Assembly (NCBI GenBank): GCA_964597455.1
Contig: CAZQXY010000001.1
Span: 5,034 to 37,503 of the forward strand
Source of the DNA: an uncultured Desulfovibrionaceae bacterium
GTDB taxonomy: Bacteria; Bacillota; Dethiobacteria; DTU022; UBA8154
DNA: 32,470 bases
Direction: 5' to 3'
Shown piece after piece: positions 1-9,812 of the stretch (within the stretch, counting starts at the first letter, position 1; the number at the start of each line of letters is the position of its first letter). Under the pieces are notes generated by a model. That model searched no databases. It was not told the origin of the DNA and saw nothing but the letters and a program-made list of their open reading frames with translations. The position numbers were made by a program, and so were the translations under genes.

Positions 1-53
1 CAGCGAAGGATTGCCTTTTTCGTTATTCCGCTAAGCCACGGGGACGGTTCCAT
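1..53 (-). CDS. 5' end of an unidentified CDS running off the window (MEPSPWLSGITKKAILR...)
   Basis: This is the only frame open to the window edge downstream of rimM, with ATG at 53..51. Synteny predicts trmD, but no frame encodes the TrmD N-terminal LTLFPEMF-type motif, so identity is left open. Confidence 0.25.
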   Translation of the reverse strand, partial: MEPSPWLSGITKKAILR

Positions 54-86
54 CGTACCGCTTATTTGCTAATTTTCGCTGTAGTG

Positions 87-617
87 CTAATCAAAAAGCC
101 CCGGCAACGGATCTATGAGCAGATAGCCTTTATCGAGGTTTATTTCTTTTACGATAGTTTTTAAGGCAGGGATGAGAATATCCTTTCTTTTGCCGGCCTC
201 TTCCCCTGCTTCCTGATTGCTAATTACATAAACATCATTGCTGGATCTGATGATATCTTTTACATAACCCAGTTTTCTGCCCTCAACTGTAAAGGCTTGC
301 AGACCAATAAGCTGATCTAAGTAATACTCCCCCGAAGGCAGCGGCACCCTCTCCGAAGAAAAAATTTTAACCAGAAGCCCATACAGCTCACGAGCGTCGT
401 CCCTGCTGCTGCAGCCTTCAAAATGAAACACCCATAATTTTTGGTGAATATAAGCCTTTATTACGTCCTTAAAACCGCAGTAGCTTTCTCCTTCTAATTT
501 AACTTTTTTCAGGAGATAACAACGGTCCAAAAAGTCTGAATAGGGATATACTTTTACTTCCCCTTTTATACCAAAAGGAGAAATAACTTTTCCAATAGTC
601 GTCATCTGCAAAGACAT
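87..617 (-). CDS. rimM: 16S rRNA processing protein RimM
   Basis: 176 aa. N-terminal IGKVISPFGIKGEVKV (RimM beta-barrel) and a C-terminal PRC-barrel-like part. Lies in the conserved rpsP-KH-rimM context. Confidence 0.9.
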   Translation of the reverse strand: MSLQMTTIGKVISPFGIKGEVKVYPYSDFLDRCYLLKKVKLEGESYCGFKDVIKAYIHQKLWVFHFEGCSSRDDARELYGLLVKIFSSERVPLPSGEYYLDQLIGLQAFTVEGRKLGYVKDIIRSSNDVYVISNQEAGEEAGKRKDILIPALKTIVKEINLDKGYLLIDPLPGLFD

Positions 618-639
618 TGGCTTTTCTCCCTGTTCCTCC

Positions 640-870
640 CTATTGTACGATTTCTACCATCACCCGCTTCTTATCCTTTACGGCTGCAGCGTTAACAACT
701 GTACGAATAGCTTTGGCTATGCGACCCTGCTTTCCAATTACTTTTCCCATATCGTCCGGGGCAACCCTGAGTTCCAGGATTACCGAATGTTCCCCTTCAA
801 CCTGTTTAACATCAACCTGCTCAGGATAATCCACCAGCGATTTGGCTATTAGTTCTACTAATTCTTTCAT
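640..870 (-). CDS. KH-domain RNA-binding protein (YlqC/UPF0109 family)
   Basis: MKELVELIAKSLVDYPEQV...GKVIGKQGRIAKAIRTV contains the GxxG KH motif. Start re-called to ATG 870 behind a GGAGTG SD. The 109-aa track model (to 969) would overlap rpsP. Confidence 0.9.
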   Translation of the reverse strand: MKELVELIAKSLVDYPEQVDVKQVEGEHSVILELRVAPDDMGKVIGKQGRIAKAIRTVVNAAAVKDKKRVMVEIVQ

Positions 871-893
871 TAAAATCACTCCTAGCACTGCAG

Positions 894-1142
894 TTATTTT
901 TTCTGAAATCCGGCTTTGGCAAATAAAAACTTTACGGTATCGGAAGGTTGAGCCCCCAAGGACAGCCACTTTTGGGCCTTTTCCATATCAACTTTGATTG
1001 TCTTCGGTTCAGTAAGGGGATTATAATAACCTATCTCCTCGATAAACCTTCCATCCCGGGGAACACGGGAATCTGCAACTACTATACGGTAAAAAGGTCT
1101 TTTCTTTGCTCCCATTCTCTTTAAACGAATACGTACTGACAA
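894..1142 (-). CDS. rpsP: 30S ribosomal protein S16
   Basis: [25 protein letters not shown] is the canonical S16 N-terminus. TTG at 1142 lies 9 nt after AGGAGGTG. The track start (TTG 1148) is too close to the SD. Confidence 0.93.
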   Translation of the reverse strand: MSVRIRLKRMGAKKRPFYRIVVADSRVPRDGRFIEEIGYYNPLTEPKTIKVDMEKAQKWLSLGAQPSDTVKFLFAKAGFQKK

Positions 1143-1185
1143 AAACAAACACCTCCTGAGCTCTTTTGTTATTATTTCTAAATTT

Positions 1186-2523
1186 CTAAAAGGGAAACAT
1201 TCCCCTGCGTTTGTGCTTTCCTTTCTCCAATGCGTTCATCTGCTTCAACATTTTTTTCATCTGCTCAACTTGTTTTAAAAGCCTGTTGACATCCTGTACT
1301 GTTGTCCCGCTGCCAAGGGAAATACGGCGTCTCCTGCTGCTGTTGATGATCTCCGGGCGCCGGCGTTCTTCCCCGGTCATGGATTGGATGATGGCTTCCG
1401 TCTGCACCAGTTGCTTCTCATCCAAGGAAAGGTTTTTAAACTGTTTACCTGCCTTGTTCAGCCCGGGTATCATACCCAGGAGATCTTCCAGCGGACCCAT
1501 CTGTTTTATCTGTCCCAGCTGTTCCAAAAAGTCTTCCAGGGTCAGCGTCTGGCTGCGCAGCTTCTTTTCAAGAATCTGCCTTTTTTCCTCGTCGACTACA
1601 GCCTCCGCTTTTTCAATTAACGAAAGCACATCACCCATCCCCAATATTCTAGAGGCCATCCTGTCCGGATAAAAAGGTTCAAACGCTTCAAATTTCTCTC
1701 CCGTTCCGACGTATTTAATCGGACAGTTTGTCACGGCCCTGACGGAAAGCGCCGCTCCGCCACGGGTATCACCGTCCAGCTTGGTAAGGATCACTCCGGT
1801 CAGCCCGAGTTGCTCGTGAAACGCTTGCGCTACATTTACAGCATCCTGTCCTGTCATTGCATCTACGACCAACAAGATTTCCAACGGGTTTGTTTTTTTC
1901 TTAATGTTGATCAATTCATCCATCAGCTCTTCATCGATATGAAGCCTGCCGGCTGTATCTAAAATAACATAATCATTTCCCTCTTTACCCGCCTCTTTCA
2001 AGGCCTGGGCAATAATTATTCTTGGGTCCTCCTTGCCGAGGCTGAAAACGGGAACTGCAATTTCTTTTCCGAGCACCTCCAGCTGTTTAATTGCGGCCGG
2101 ACGGTAAATATCACCTGCTGCCAGCAAAGGATTATGACCGTTTTTTTTCAATAGACGGGCCAGCTTTGCAGCAGAAGTGGTTTTCCCCGAGCCCTGCAAC
2201 CCTACCAGCATAACTACTCCGGGGGGATTGTCAACGGAGGCGATTTTACTCTGCGTTTCTCCCATAAGCTTGACCAATTCGGCATGTACAATTTTAACAA
2301 CCTGCTGTCCGGGTGTAAGGCTTTTTAAGACCTCCGCCCCGAGAGATCTTTCTTTAAGTGAGGCGGTAAATTGCTTTACAACCTTGTAACTGACATCGGC
2401 TTCGAGAAGTGCCAGCCGGACTTCCCGCAATGCCGAGTCAACATCTTTTTCAGTTAATTTGCCTTTTCCACGCAGTTTACGAAAAGTATCCTGCAGCTTT
2501 TCCGACAGTCCGCTGAATAACAA
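1186..2523 (-). CDS. ffh: Signal recognition particle protein Ffh
   Basis: 445 aa. SRP GTPase motifs [14 protein letters not shown] and TKLDGD, plus a Met-rich M domain at the C-terminus. TTG start. Confidence 0.97.
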   Translation of the reverse strand: MLFSGLSEKLQDTFRKLRGKGKLTEKDVDSALREVRLALLEADVSYKVVKQFTASLKERSLGAEVLKSLTPGQQVVKIVHAELVKLMGETQSKIASVDNPPGVVMLVGLQGSGKTTSAAKLARLLKKNGHNPLLAAGDIYRPAAIKQLEVLGKEIAVPVFSLGKEDPRIIIAQALKEAGKEGNDYVILDTAGRLHIDEELMDELINIKKKTNPLEILLVVDAMTGQDAVNVAQAFHEQLGLTGVILTKLDGDTRGGAALSVRAVTNCPIKYVGTGEKFEAFEPFYPDRMASRILGMGDVLSLIEKAEAVVDEEKRQILEKKLRSQTLTLEDFLEQLGQIKQMGPLEDLLGMIPGLNKAGKQFKNLSLDEKQLVQTEAIIQSMTGEERRRPEIINSSRRRRISLGSGTTVQDVNRLLKQVEQMKKMLKQMNALEKGKHKRRGMFPF

Positions 2524-2574
2524 ATTTAGTACCCGGCTTAACCGGGGCTGCCTCCTTTTTCAGTTATAACTTTT

Positions 2575-2916
2575 TCAGTTATCAACCATGTTCCGCCGTA
2601 CAATTTCCTTAATAGCATCAAGATCCTCTTCCTGGAGCGGCCTGCGGGCAAGCAACTCCAGCACCCTGCACCCATCCTCTTTCCGCTGAAGGTAAGAAGC
2701 GTACAGATTGAGCTTTTTCTCCCAATTTTCCAGGGCAAGTACAGCCCTGGATAAAATATCATGCACAGCCTGTCTGGAAATACTTAAATGTTCGGCGGCC
2801 TCCGCCAGAGAAAGGTCATCCTTATAATACATTTCCATGACGCGCTGTTGTCTTTCTGTCAACAGAGTGCCGTAAAAATCAAATAAATAATTTAGCCTAT
2901 TTACCTTCTCTAACAT
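2575..2916 (-). CDS. ylxM: YlxM-family (UPF0122) putative DNA-binding protein upstream of ffh
   Basis: MLEKVNRLNYLFDFYGTLLTERQ is the typical YlxM N-terminus. Sigma-70 region-4-like HTH. Conserved ylxM-ffh pairing. Confidence 0.9.
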   Translation of the reverse strand: MLEKVNRLNYLFDFYGTLLTERQQRVMEMYYKDDLSLAEAAEHLSISRQAVHDILSRAVLALENWEKKLNLYASYLQRKEDGCRVLELLARRPLQEEDLDAIKEIVRRNMVDN

Positions 2917-3018
2917 TTATACACTATTTCTCCTGTAAAGTAAATACCCTTTACAATAGTACTTGACAAAACTTCGCCCTCCGCAGACTGAACTGCTTCT
3001 GTTCCTTCCTGCCACACT

Positions 3019-3927
3019 TTAAGCAAGGAGGGCTTCCACAAACTCCGCGGCATTAAACGGCTCCAGGTCCTCTTTTCTTTCACCTACTCCTATTAGCTTT
3101 AAGGGAATACCTGTAATATCCTTCACGGCCAGGACAATACCGCCTCTGGCTGTACCGTCGAGCTTGGTCAGGATAAGGCCGGAAATGGGCACCACTTCCT
3201 GAAAAAGTCTGGCTTGCGCGATAGCATTTTGGCCGGTGGTTGCATCAACGACCAGCAGTGTCTCATGAGGTGCTTCCCCTAAAGATTTATGAATAACCCT
3301 GTATATTTTTTTCATTTCATCCAGCAAATTCGCTTTCGTATGCAGTCTCCCCGCGGTATCGCATAATAGGAAATCAACCCCCCTGGAGACCGCCGCATTA
3401 ACAGCATCGAAGATAACCGCCGAAGGATCCCCGCCTTCCTGGTGTTTAATTACCCCCGCTCCGACAGCGCCGGACCATTCATCAAGCTGTTCTATCGCCG
3501 CAGCACGAAAGGTGTCACCTGCAGCGAGCAAAACTTTTTTCCCTTTAGCGGAGTAGTGATAAGCCAGTTTAGCTATAGCGGTAGTTTTCCCTACCCCGTT
3601 AACACCTAAAATTAAATACACGGTAGGCGGAGAAGAAGCAACTGCAAGCGAAGCCTGCTCGTTGCCACCCAGCATTTCAATTAACAATTTTTTAAGCAAT
3701 TCCCGGGCGGCGGAACGTTCCCTGACCCTTTCTTTTTTAATGCGTTCCCGCAGCAACATGATTATTTTTTCAGTTGTCTTTACACCTACATCGGCTGAGA
3801 CGAGGATCTCTTCCAGTTCATCAAAAAACCCCTCATCAAGTTCATTTGCTACTCCAAAAAGGTTTTCAATTCTGTTTTTAAAAGCCTCCCTGGTTTTCAG
3901 CAAACCTTTTTTAAATTGACCTAACAT
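3019..3927 (-). CDS. ftsY: SRP receptor FtsY (short form, no acidic A domain)
   Basis: 302 aa. Motifs GVNGVGKTT, DTAGR and TKLDGTARGG. Confidence 0.96.
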   Translation of the reverse strand: MLGQFKKGLLKTREAFKNRIENLFGVANELDEGFFDELEEILVSADVGVKTTEKIIMLLRERIKKERVRERSAARELLKKLLIEMLGGNEQASLAVASSPPTVYLILGVNGVGKTTAIAKLAYHYSAKGKKVLLAAGDTFRAAAIEQLDEWSGAVGAGVIKHQEGGDPSAVIFDAVNAAVSRGVDFLLCDTAGRLHTKANLLDEMKKIYRVIHKSLGEAPHETLLVVDATTGQNAIAQARLFQEVVPISGLILTKLDGTARGGIVLAVKDITGIPLKLIGVGERKEDLEPFNAAEFVEALLA

Positions 3928-3934
3928 TAATATT

Positions 3935-6900
3935 TCACCCTGCTTTTTTATTTAAATTCAAGGTTACTATTTTGGAAACACCCTGCTCTTCCATAGTTAT
4001 TCCCAACAGGACATCGGCCTCCTCCATAGTCTTTCTGCGGTGTGTAATTAGAATAAATTGGGTATTGCCGGAATATTTTTTTAAATATTGAACAAACCTC
4101 TCCAGGTTACTCTCATCAAGGGCAGAATCAATTTCATCCAGAACACAAAACGGTACCGGCTTAAACTGCAGTAAAGCAAAAAGCAAAGCTATAGCCGTTA
4201 AAGCTTTTTCACCGCCGGAAAGCAGGGAGATGCTCTGCAATTTCTTTCCGGGCGGCTGTGCAATAATCTCTACCCCGGATTCCAAAACATCTTCGGGGGA
4301 AGTCAATTTTAAAAAAGCCTGGCCGCCACCGAAAAGCTTCCTAAAGATATCAAAGAAATTGTTTTCAATAGCGCTCAGTGCCTCAAGAAAACGCTTCTTC
4401 ATATGCTGATCCAGCTCCGTCAAAACCTTTTTAACCCCTTTTTCCCCTTTGAGCAGATCATTTTTCTGCTCTTCAAGAAAAACAATCCTCTTTTGAAGCC
4501 GCTCGTATTCTTCAACAACACCGGGGTCGACCTCCCCCAGTGCTATTATTTGTTCCTCCAGAAATATTTTTTCCTTCTTTAACTGTTCCTCTGTGTCCAC
4601 GCTTTGAAATTGCGGAGAAAGATCTTGCTGAGGATTTATTTTAAATTTTTCCAGTAGCTGTTCCTCAAGGTATTTACCCGCCTCTTCAGCTTTAATTAAT
4701 TCCAGAGCCAGATTCTGCAGGCGCCTTTCAATTTTTTCAATTGCCCGTTGCTCTTTTTGTAAACCCAAAGACAAAGATACCCTCTCTTCTTTTAAGGAGG
4801 ATAGCTCCTTTCCCAGCAGAAAAAGCAGTTCCTCATTTTTGCGTACTTCTCCCGCTGCCTTTTCCAGCCCAGCCAGCGTCCCGGCTTCTTCAGTTTCGAG
4901 ATGCCTCATTTCCTTCAATAACCTGCCCTGCTCCTCCGCAAGGCGTGCCAAAAGCAGATCCAGCCCCTCTTTTTCCTCGGCTTGTTTCTCCAGAGCTGCT
5001 TGCAGAGAGCTCTCCTTCTCCTGCAATGCGGAAAACCTTACTCTGATATCGACCGATTCTTTTTCCAGTTTCTTAACTTGCGCTTCATCAACACGAACTA
5101 TACTACTCATCTTTTCCAGGTCACTTATAATTATAGAACATGCTTCTCCCAGCAATTGCAGCTCCTTTTCCTTTTGAAAAATCTGTCGCTGCAGGTTATC
5201 ATTCTTATCCGTAAGCCTTACTTTTTCACCTTCAAGGCGCTCTGCCTCATGTTCAGCTCTTAATATCCCAGCATCAGTTTTCTCCAGCTCGCTTTGAAGC
5301 CTGGTTTTTTCATTTTCTGCTTTTCTGCCCTGTAAATCCAGCTCTGCTAAATCGTTCTCTATGCCCCGCATATGGTCTAAAAGCCCCTCAAGATCCGTTT
5401 CGAGGTCTTTTTGCTGATTTCTGATCTTTAAAATATTGGCTTCTAAGGCGTTCAACTCCCCCTTGCGCCCCAAAAAACCAGTGCGCTCCTGGGAATGGCT
5501 GCCCCCGGAGATGGCACCACCCGGTGTAATTACTTCCCCATCCAGGGTTACCAGGCTCCAGCCCGCCTTGTTACCGCGGGCCAGATTAAGCCCCGCCTCA
5601 AGGTTTTTTAACACCAGAACACGCCCAAGCAGATAATCAACCGCTTTCTTATACTGCTGATGCGCGCTCACAAGCTGCGAAGCCACTCCCAAACAATCCT
5701 CCCCGGGAGCGGCGGGAAGCTCTCTTTTCCCCGGCGTTTTTAAAAGATTTAAAGGCAAAAAGGTGGCTTTTCCCGCCCTGTTTTTTTTAAGATACTCGAT
5801 CGCCCTGCGCGCTGTTTCATCATCCCGGGTAACGATAAATTGTATTTTTGCTCCCAGCGCTGCCTCCAGTGCTTTTTCCAGGCCATGCGGAACATTAATG
5901 AGATCCGCAACGGGGCCGTAAATGCCCTGCAGCAAAGGGTTATGGGCCGATGCTTTCATTACCGCGCGCACACCGCTCGCATAAAAGTCAAAGCTATCCC
6001 GGCTTTCCTTCAGGTGCTTTATGCGGGCGTCCTTTTTTGCCAGTTCTTTTTGCAAAACATTCAGGCTATCCTTCCTGGCTTTTATCCTTTCATCAAAATC
6101 CTGAAAACGCCGTTTCAATAACCTGGACTTTTCTTCCCTGTCCTCCTGCTCTAATGCACACCTGTGCAACAAACCCCTTATCTTATTTTGAACCGTTTGC
6201 AGCTTCTCTATTTCTTCTGTCGCTTTTTTTATACCCTCATCCAACTCATTTATTCTTTCGTTAAGCTCATCGCAACGCAATCTATCAGCTTCAAGAGATT
6301 GTTCCAAAGACACTTTTTTCAAATCGTTCTCCGTTTTCTTTTGACGCAGTGCCTCAAGGTTTAAAACATTTCTCCCCGCCTGCAATTGAGTTAACCTGTC
6401 TTTTATATGCGCAGCCTTTTCCCCCAGCTCTTCCTGCTCAAGTAGAACGCTTTTCAATTCGGCTTCATTCTTTTTCCTCGTTTCCTCTAAACCGGAAATT
6501 CTTTCGTCAATTTCCCGGCAGGAATCCTCTTTGACCCTTATTTTTTCTTGCATATATTTATTCTGCTGCCGGAACAGGCTTAGTTTATTTTCGAGGCTTT
6601 CCTTTTCTCCCTTAGATTTGGTGTAACAGCTTTGCAGCTTTTCTTTTTCCTCGTTTTTTGTGCTTTCCTTAAGTGCAATTTCTTGACCCTTTTCTTCAAG
6701 TGTTATCAGGACATTTTTTTTCTCCGACAGCTTGCCCTCCATATTCTGTCTCTCATTATGCAATTTCCGGAAGATGTTTTTATTATCCCACCAGCGTTTG
6801 CCTGCAATTTTCTGTTCAACATTCTGCAATTTAATAAATATTTCCCTGTATCTGCCTGCAAGGGCTGCAGCTTCAAAGAGGCCTTCCTCCTGGTTTTTTA

Positions 6901-7492
6901 GTTCCGCCAGCAAATCTTCCACTCTTAAGAGGTTCTGCTCCATCTCATCCAACCTTGCCCTGGACTCTTTCCTTCTTTGCTTATATCTATGGATCTTTGC
7001 AGCCTCCTCAAAAAGCTCCCGGTGTTCGTCAGGCCTCGCGTTAATCATCTGTTCGATCCTGCCCTGTCCAATCAACGAGTAGGTCTCCGTTCCAATGCCG
7101 GTATCCCAAAATAATTCGGTAATATCTTTAAGCCTGCATTGAGTTTTATTTAATAGGTACTCACCTTCTCCTGAACGAAAGACCCGCCTGGTCAGCGCTA
7201 TCTCCTGGTAATCAACGGGCAAAAACCTGTCCGCCCTGTCAAATACTAAAGATACCTCCGCATAATTTAGCGGTTTGCGTCCGGAAGTACCGTTGAAGAT
7301 TAAATCATCCATTTTTGCCCCGCGCATGATCCTAACGCTTTGTTCTCCCAGCGCCCAGCGGATGGCATCTACAAGATTGCTCTTGCCGCATCCGTTCGGA
7401 CCAACAACAGCGGTAATGCCGGAGGCAAAATTAAGCCCGATTTTTTCGGCAAAAGATTTAAAACCTGTAATTTCCAGGGACTTTAAATACAT
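3935..7492 (-). CDS. smc: Chromosome segregation protein SMC
   Basis: 1185 aa. Walker A GPNGCGKSN, long coiled coils, a hinge region, the ABC signature LSGGEKALTAIALLFA and Walker B FCVLDEIDSALD. Confidence 0.97.
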   Translation of the reverse strand: MYLKSLEITGFKSFAEKIGLNFASGITAVVGPNGCGKSNLVDAIRWALGEQSVRIMRGAKMDDLIFNGTSGRKPLNYAEVSLVFDRADRFLPVDYQEIALTRRVFRSGEGEYLLNKTQCRLKDITELFWDTGIGTETYSLIGQGRIEQMINARPDEHRELFEEAAKIHRYKQRRKESRARLDEMEQNLLRVEDLLAELKNQEEGLFEAAALAGRYREIFIKLQNVEQKIAGKRWWDNKNIFRKLHNERQNMEGKLSEKKNVLITLEEKGQEIALKESTKNEEKEKLQSCYTKSKGEKESLENKLSLFRQQNKYMQEKIRVKEDSCREIDERISGLEETRKKNEAELKSVLLEQEELGEKAAHIKDRLTQLQAGRNVLNLEALRQKKTENDLKKVSLEQSLEADRLRCDELNERINELDEGIKKATEEIEKLQTVQNKIRGLLHRCALEQEDREEKSRLLKRRFQDFDERIKARKDSLNVLQKELAKKDARIKHLKESRDSFDFYASGVRAVMKASAHNPLLQGIYGPVADLINVPHGLEKALEAALGAKIQFIVTRDDETARRAIEYLKKNRAGKATFLPLNLLKTPGKRELPAAPGEDCLGVASQLVSAHQQYKKAVDYLLGRVLVLKNLEAGLNLARGNKAGWSLVTLDGEVITPGGAISGGSHSQERTGFLGRKGELNALEANILKIRNQQKDLETDLEGLLDHMRGIENDLAELDLQGRKAENEKTRLQSELEKTDAGILRAEHEAERLEGEKVRLTDKNDNLQRQIFQKEKELQLLGEACSIIISDLEKMSSIVRVDEAQVKKLEKESVDIRVRFSALQEKESSLQAALEKQAEEKEGLDLLLARLAEEQGRLLKEMRHLETEEAGTLAGLEKAAGEVRKNEELLFLLGKELSSLKEERVSLSLGLQKEQRAIEKIERRLQNLALELIKAEEAGKYLEEQLLEKFKINPQQDLSPQFQSVDTEEQLKKEKIFLEEQIIALGEVDPGVVEEYERLQKRIVFLEEQKNDLLKGEKGVKKVLTELDQHMKKRFLEALSAIENNFFDIFRKLFGGGQAFLKLTSPEDVLESGVEIIAQPPGKKLQSISLLSGGEKALTAIALLFALLQFKPVPFCVLDEIDSALDESNLERFVQYLKKYSGNTQFILITHRRKTMEEADVLLGITMEEQGVSKIVTLNLNKKAG

Positions 7493-7513
7493 ACGACCAC
7501 TCCAAAAAGTGAA

Positions 7514-8257
7514 CTATTTTCTTTCAAGGAACTCGCAGGCACATTTAGCCGCTGATTGTTCCGCCTCTTTTTTACTTTTACCTCTGCCGCACCCAATCTT
7601 TTTATTATCCACCTTTACCAGGACTTCAAATGTTTTATTATGAGGAGGGCCGTATTCCGCAGTAATATGATATTCCGGAAGTATTCCCTGCCCGGATTGA
7701 CATCTTTCCTGCAACATCGTCTTGTAGTCCAATAGGGGAATATCTCCCTGTTCAACGGCGTCTAAAAAAGGTTTGAAGAGTTCCAGAACCCAAAACCCTG
7801 CCTCATCATAGCCCACATCTATAAAAAGAGCACCAATCAGCGCCTCTAAAGCATCGGCAAGCAGGGATGGTTTGCCTGAGCCACCGCTGAGGAACTCGCC
7901 TCTTCCGAGTTTTATGTATGAACCCAGATCCATACTTTGTGCAATTTGAAACAGTGTTTTTTCATTGACGATATTATGACGCATTAAAGTTAATTTACCT
8001 TCGGGGTAACCGGGGAAAGCTTTAAAAAAATATTCTGAAATTACAAGTTCCAGCACCGCATCCCCTAGAAATTCTAATCTTTCATTACTGCTCAGATTAG
8101 CAGTCTCGTAAGCAAAAGATGAATGTGTAAGCGCTTCCTCATAAAGTGCCAAATTCTTAACCGGCCAGCGAATCTTACTTAATAATTCAACCGCGTCTTT
8201 AAATGGAGCCGTTAGCTTTCCCTCCCTTCCGGAACATATTTTTTTAAAACAAGACAC
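7514..8257 (-). CDS. rnc: Ribonuclease III
   Basis: ALTHSSF and the ERLEFLGDAVLEL signature, with a C-terminal dsRBD. GTG start at 8257 lies 9 nt after TGGAGGAA inside the fabF 3' end. Confidence 0.92.
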   Translation of the reverse strand: MSCFKKICSGREGKLTAPFKDAVELLSKIRWPVKNLALYEEALTHSSFAYETANLSSNERLEFLGDAVLELVISEYFFKAFPGYPEGKLTLMRHNIVNEKTLFQIAQSMDLGSYIKLGRGEFLSGGSGKPSLLADALEALIGALFIDVGYDEAGFWVLELFKPFLDAVEQGDIPLLDYKTMLQERCQSGQGILPEYHITAEYGPPHNKTFEVLVKVDNKKIGCGRGKSKKEAEQSAAKCACEFLERK

Positions 8258-9462
8258 GCATTTGTTCCTCCAAAGCCGAAGGAATTTGAAATCGCCACGT
8301 TAATATCCCGTTGACAAGGTTTATTGGGTACATAGAAGAGATCGCAGTCGGGATCTTCGTTTTCATAATTTATGGTGGGAGGAATAATACCGTAATGCAT
8401 ACTCAATATTGTTGCGACTAACTCAACACCTCCGGCAGCGCCCAGTAAATGCCCGATCATGGATTTTGTTGAGCTCACAGCTACTTTATGAGCATGCTCG
8501 CCAAAAAGCCGTTTAATGGCAAGCGTTTCTATTTTATCATTAAATACGGTAGAAGTGCCGTGAGCGTTAATATAATCAACGTTCCCGGGGAAAAGGCCGG
8601 CATCATTTAAAGCCCTCTGCATGCAAAGGAACGCACCCTGCCCTTCCGGATCGGGAGCGGTAAAGTGATAACCGTCTCCAGACATTCCATAGCCGATGAT
8701 CTCCGCATAGATATTTGCCCTTCTCTTTAGCGCATGTTCCATCGTCTCCAAGATCAAAACTCCTGCTCCCTCTCCCATAACAAAACCATCACGTTTTAAA
8801 TCAAAAGGCCTGGAAGCCTTTTCGGGTTGATCATTACATGTGGTCATAGCACGGGCCGCACAGAATCCGGCAAAAGCAATTGAAGTAACCGGGGCCTCGG
8901 CACCCCCTGCAATCATTACATCTGCTTCTCCTCTTTGCAGAATCCTAAAGGCTTCACCGATGGCATGAGTTCCGCTTGCACAGGCAGTTACAGTTGTTGA
9001 GTTGGGACCGTTTATTCCATATACGATGGAAATATAGCCAGAAGCCATATTTGCAATGAGCATAGGTACCAAAAAGGGGCTTACCCGGCGGGGACCTTTA
9101 TCCAGAAGAATTTTATATTGCTTTTCTATCGTATCCAGGCCGCCAATCCCCGAGCCGATAATAACGCCTATCCTTTCCTTATCCGTTTTATCGGGATCAA
9201 GCGCCGCATCGTCCAGGGCAATGCGGGCAGCCGCCTGAGCAAACTGGGTAAAGCGGTCCGTTTTTTTAATATCCCTTTTTTCCATATAACACTGCGGATC
9301 AAAATCTTGAACAACCGCAGCGATATATGTGGAGTAATCACGAAAATGGTCAATGACAGTAACACCGCTCTTACCCTTCTTCAGGTTTTCCCAAAATTCT
9401 TCTTTATGGGTGCCGATAGGTGTAACTGCCCCGATTCCTGTCACAACCACCTTATTTTCCAC
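8212..9462 (-). CDS. fabF: 3-oxoacyl-ACP synthase II
   Basis: 416 aa. Active-site ACASG Cys, HGTST and GHLLGAAG histidines. GTG start behind GTGAGGTG. Confidence 0.96.
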   Translation of the reverse strand: MENKVVVTGIGAVTPIGTHKEEFWENLKKGKSGVTVIDHFRDYSTYIAAVVQDFDPQCYMEKRDIKKTDRFTQFAQAAARIALDDAALDPDKTDKERIGVIIGSGIGGLDTIEKQYKILLDKGPRRVSPFLVPMLIANMASGYISIVYGINGPNSTTVTACASGTHAIGEAFRILQRGEADVMIAGGAEAPVTSIAFAGFCAARAMTTCNDQPEKASRPFDLKRDGFVMGEGAGVLILETMEHALKRRANIYAEIIGYGMSGDGYHFTAPDPEGQGAFLCMQRALNDAGLFPGNVDYINAHGTSTVFNDKIETLAIKRLFGEHAHKVAVSSTKSMIGHLLGAAGGVELVATILSMHYGIIPPTINYENEDPDCDLFYVPNKPCQRDINVAISNSFGFGGTNACLVLKKYVPEGRES

Positions 9463-9496
9463 AAACTACACCTCACTAAAACATCTGCATGATCTG

Positions 9497-9522
9497 GAAG
9501 CCCTGCAAAAAAGCAGGGCTTC
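9497..9522 (-). other. Perfect 10-bp GC-rich stem-loop in the acpP-fabF spacer
   Basis: GAAGCCCTGC-AAAAAA-GCAGGGCTTC read directly. No U-tract follows on the minus strand, so it is not a classical intrinsic terminator. Confidence 0.55.
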
Positions 9523-9532
9523 AACTATTATT

Positions 9533-9766
9533 TTACTTAGAAAGATGCTTTTCTATGTAACCGACAACATCGCCGACCGCTTGAATTTTCTCTACCTCTT
9601 CATCGGCAATCTCCAGATCGAACTCTTCCTCCAGTGCCATAACCAGTTCTACAACATCCAGAGAGTCGGCATCAATATCTTCAAAGGTAGTTTCCATAGT
9701 AATCTGTTTCTCATCTATATCGAGCTGTTCGGAAATCAGTGCTTTAACCTTTGCAAAAATATCCAC
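9533..9766 (-). CDS. acpP: Acyl carrier protein
   Basis: [10 protein letters not shown] phosphopantetheine-attachment motif. Start re-called to GTG 9766 (77 aa), 9 nt after GGAGGGAGGTG. The 100-aa track model overlaps fabG. Confidence 0.93.
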   Translation of the reverse strand: MDIFAKVKALISEQLDIDEKQITMETTFEDIDADSLDVVELVMALEEEFDLEIADEEVEKIQAVGDVVGYIEKHLSK

Positions 9767-9812
9767 CGTCCAATTCACCTCCCTCCGGGTATACATAATA
9801 CTATCAAAGGAA

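Noticed and set aside
617-969. Plus-strand ORFs 617..829 and 643..852, and the 109-aa extended version of the KH-protein ORF.
   Set aside because: The plus-strand ORFs are antisense to the conserved KH protein. The extension overlaps rpsP and lacks an SD, whereas ATG 870 has GGAGTG at proper spacing and gives the canonical protein of about 76 aa.
2538-2762. A 74-aa minus-strand ORF overlapping ylxM in another frame.
   Set aside because: It is nested in a conserved gene, W/R/G-rich, and has no SD.
2934-2955. A 7-bp hairpin (TGTAAAG-N8-CTTTACA) abutting the ylxM SD, considered as a terminator or translational control element.
   Set aside because: It is all A/U-rich, has no U-tract and is too weak to call. 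This is probably chance in an AT-rich spacer.
4741-7082. A series of plus-strand ORFs (61-116 aa) antisense to smc.
   Set aside because: They lie entirely inside a well-supported 1185-aa SMC gene. Their translations are low-complexity (S, F, L, P, C rich) with no SD or motifs. This is the typical antisense artefact of a Glu/Lys/Leu-rich coiled-coil gene.
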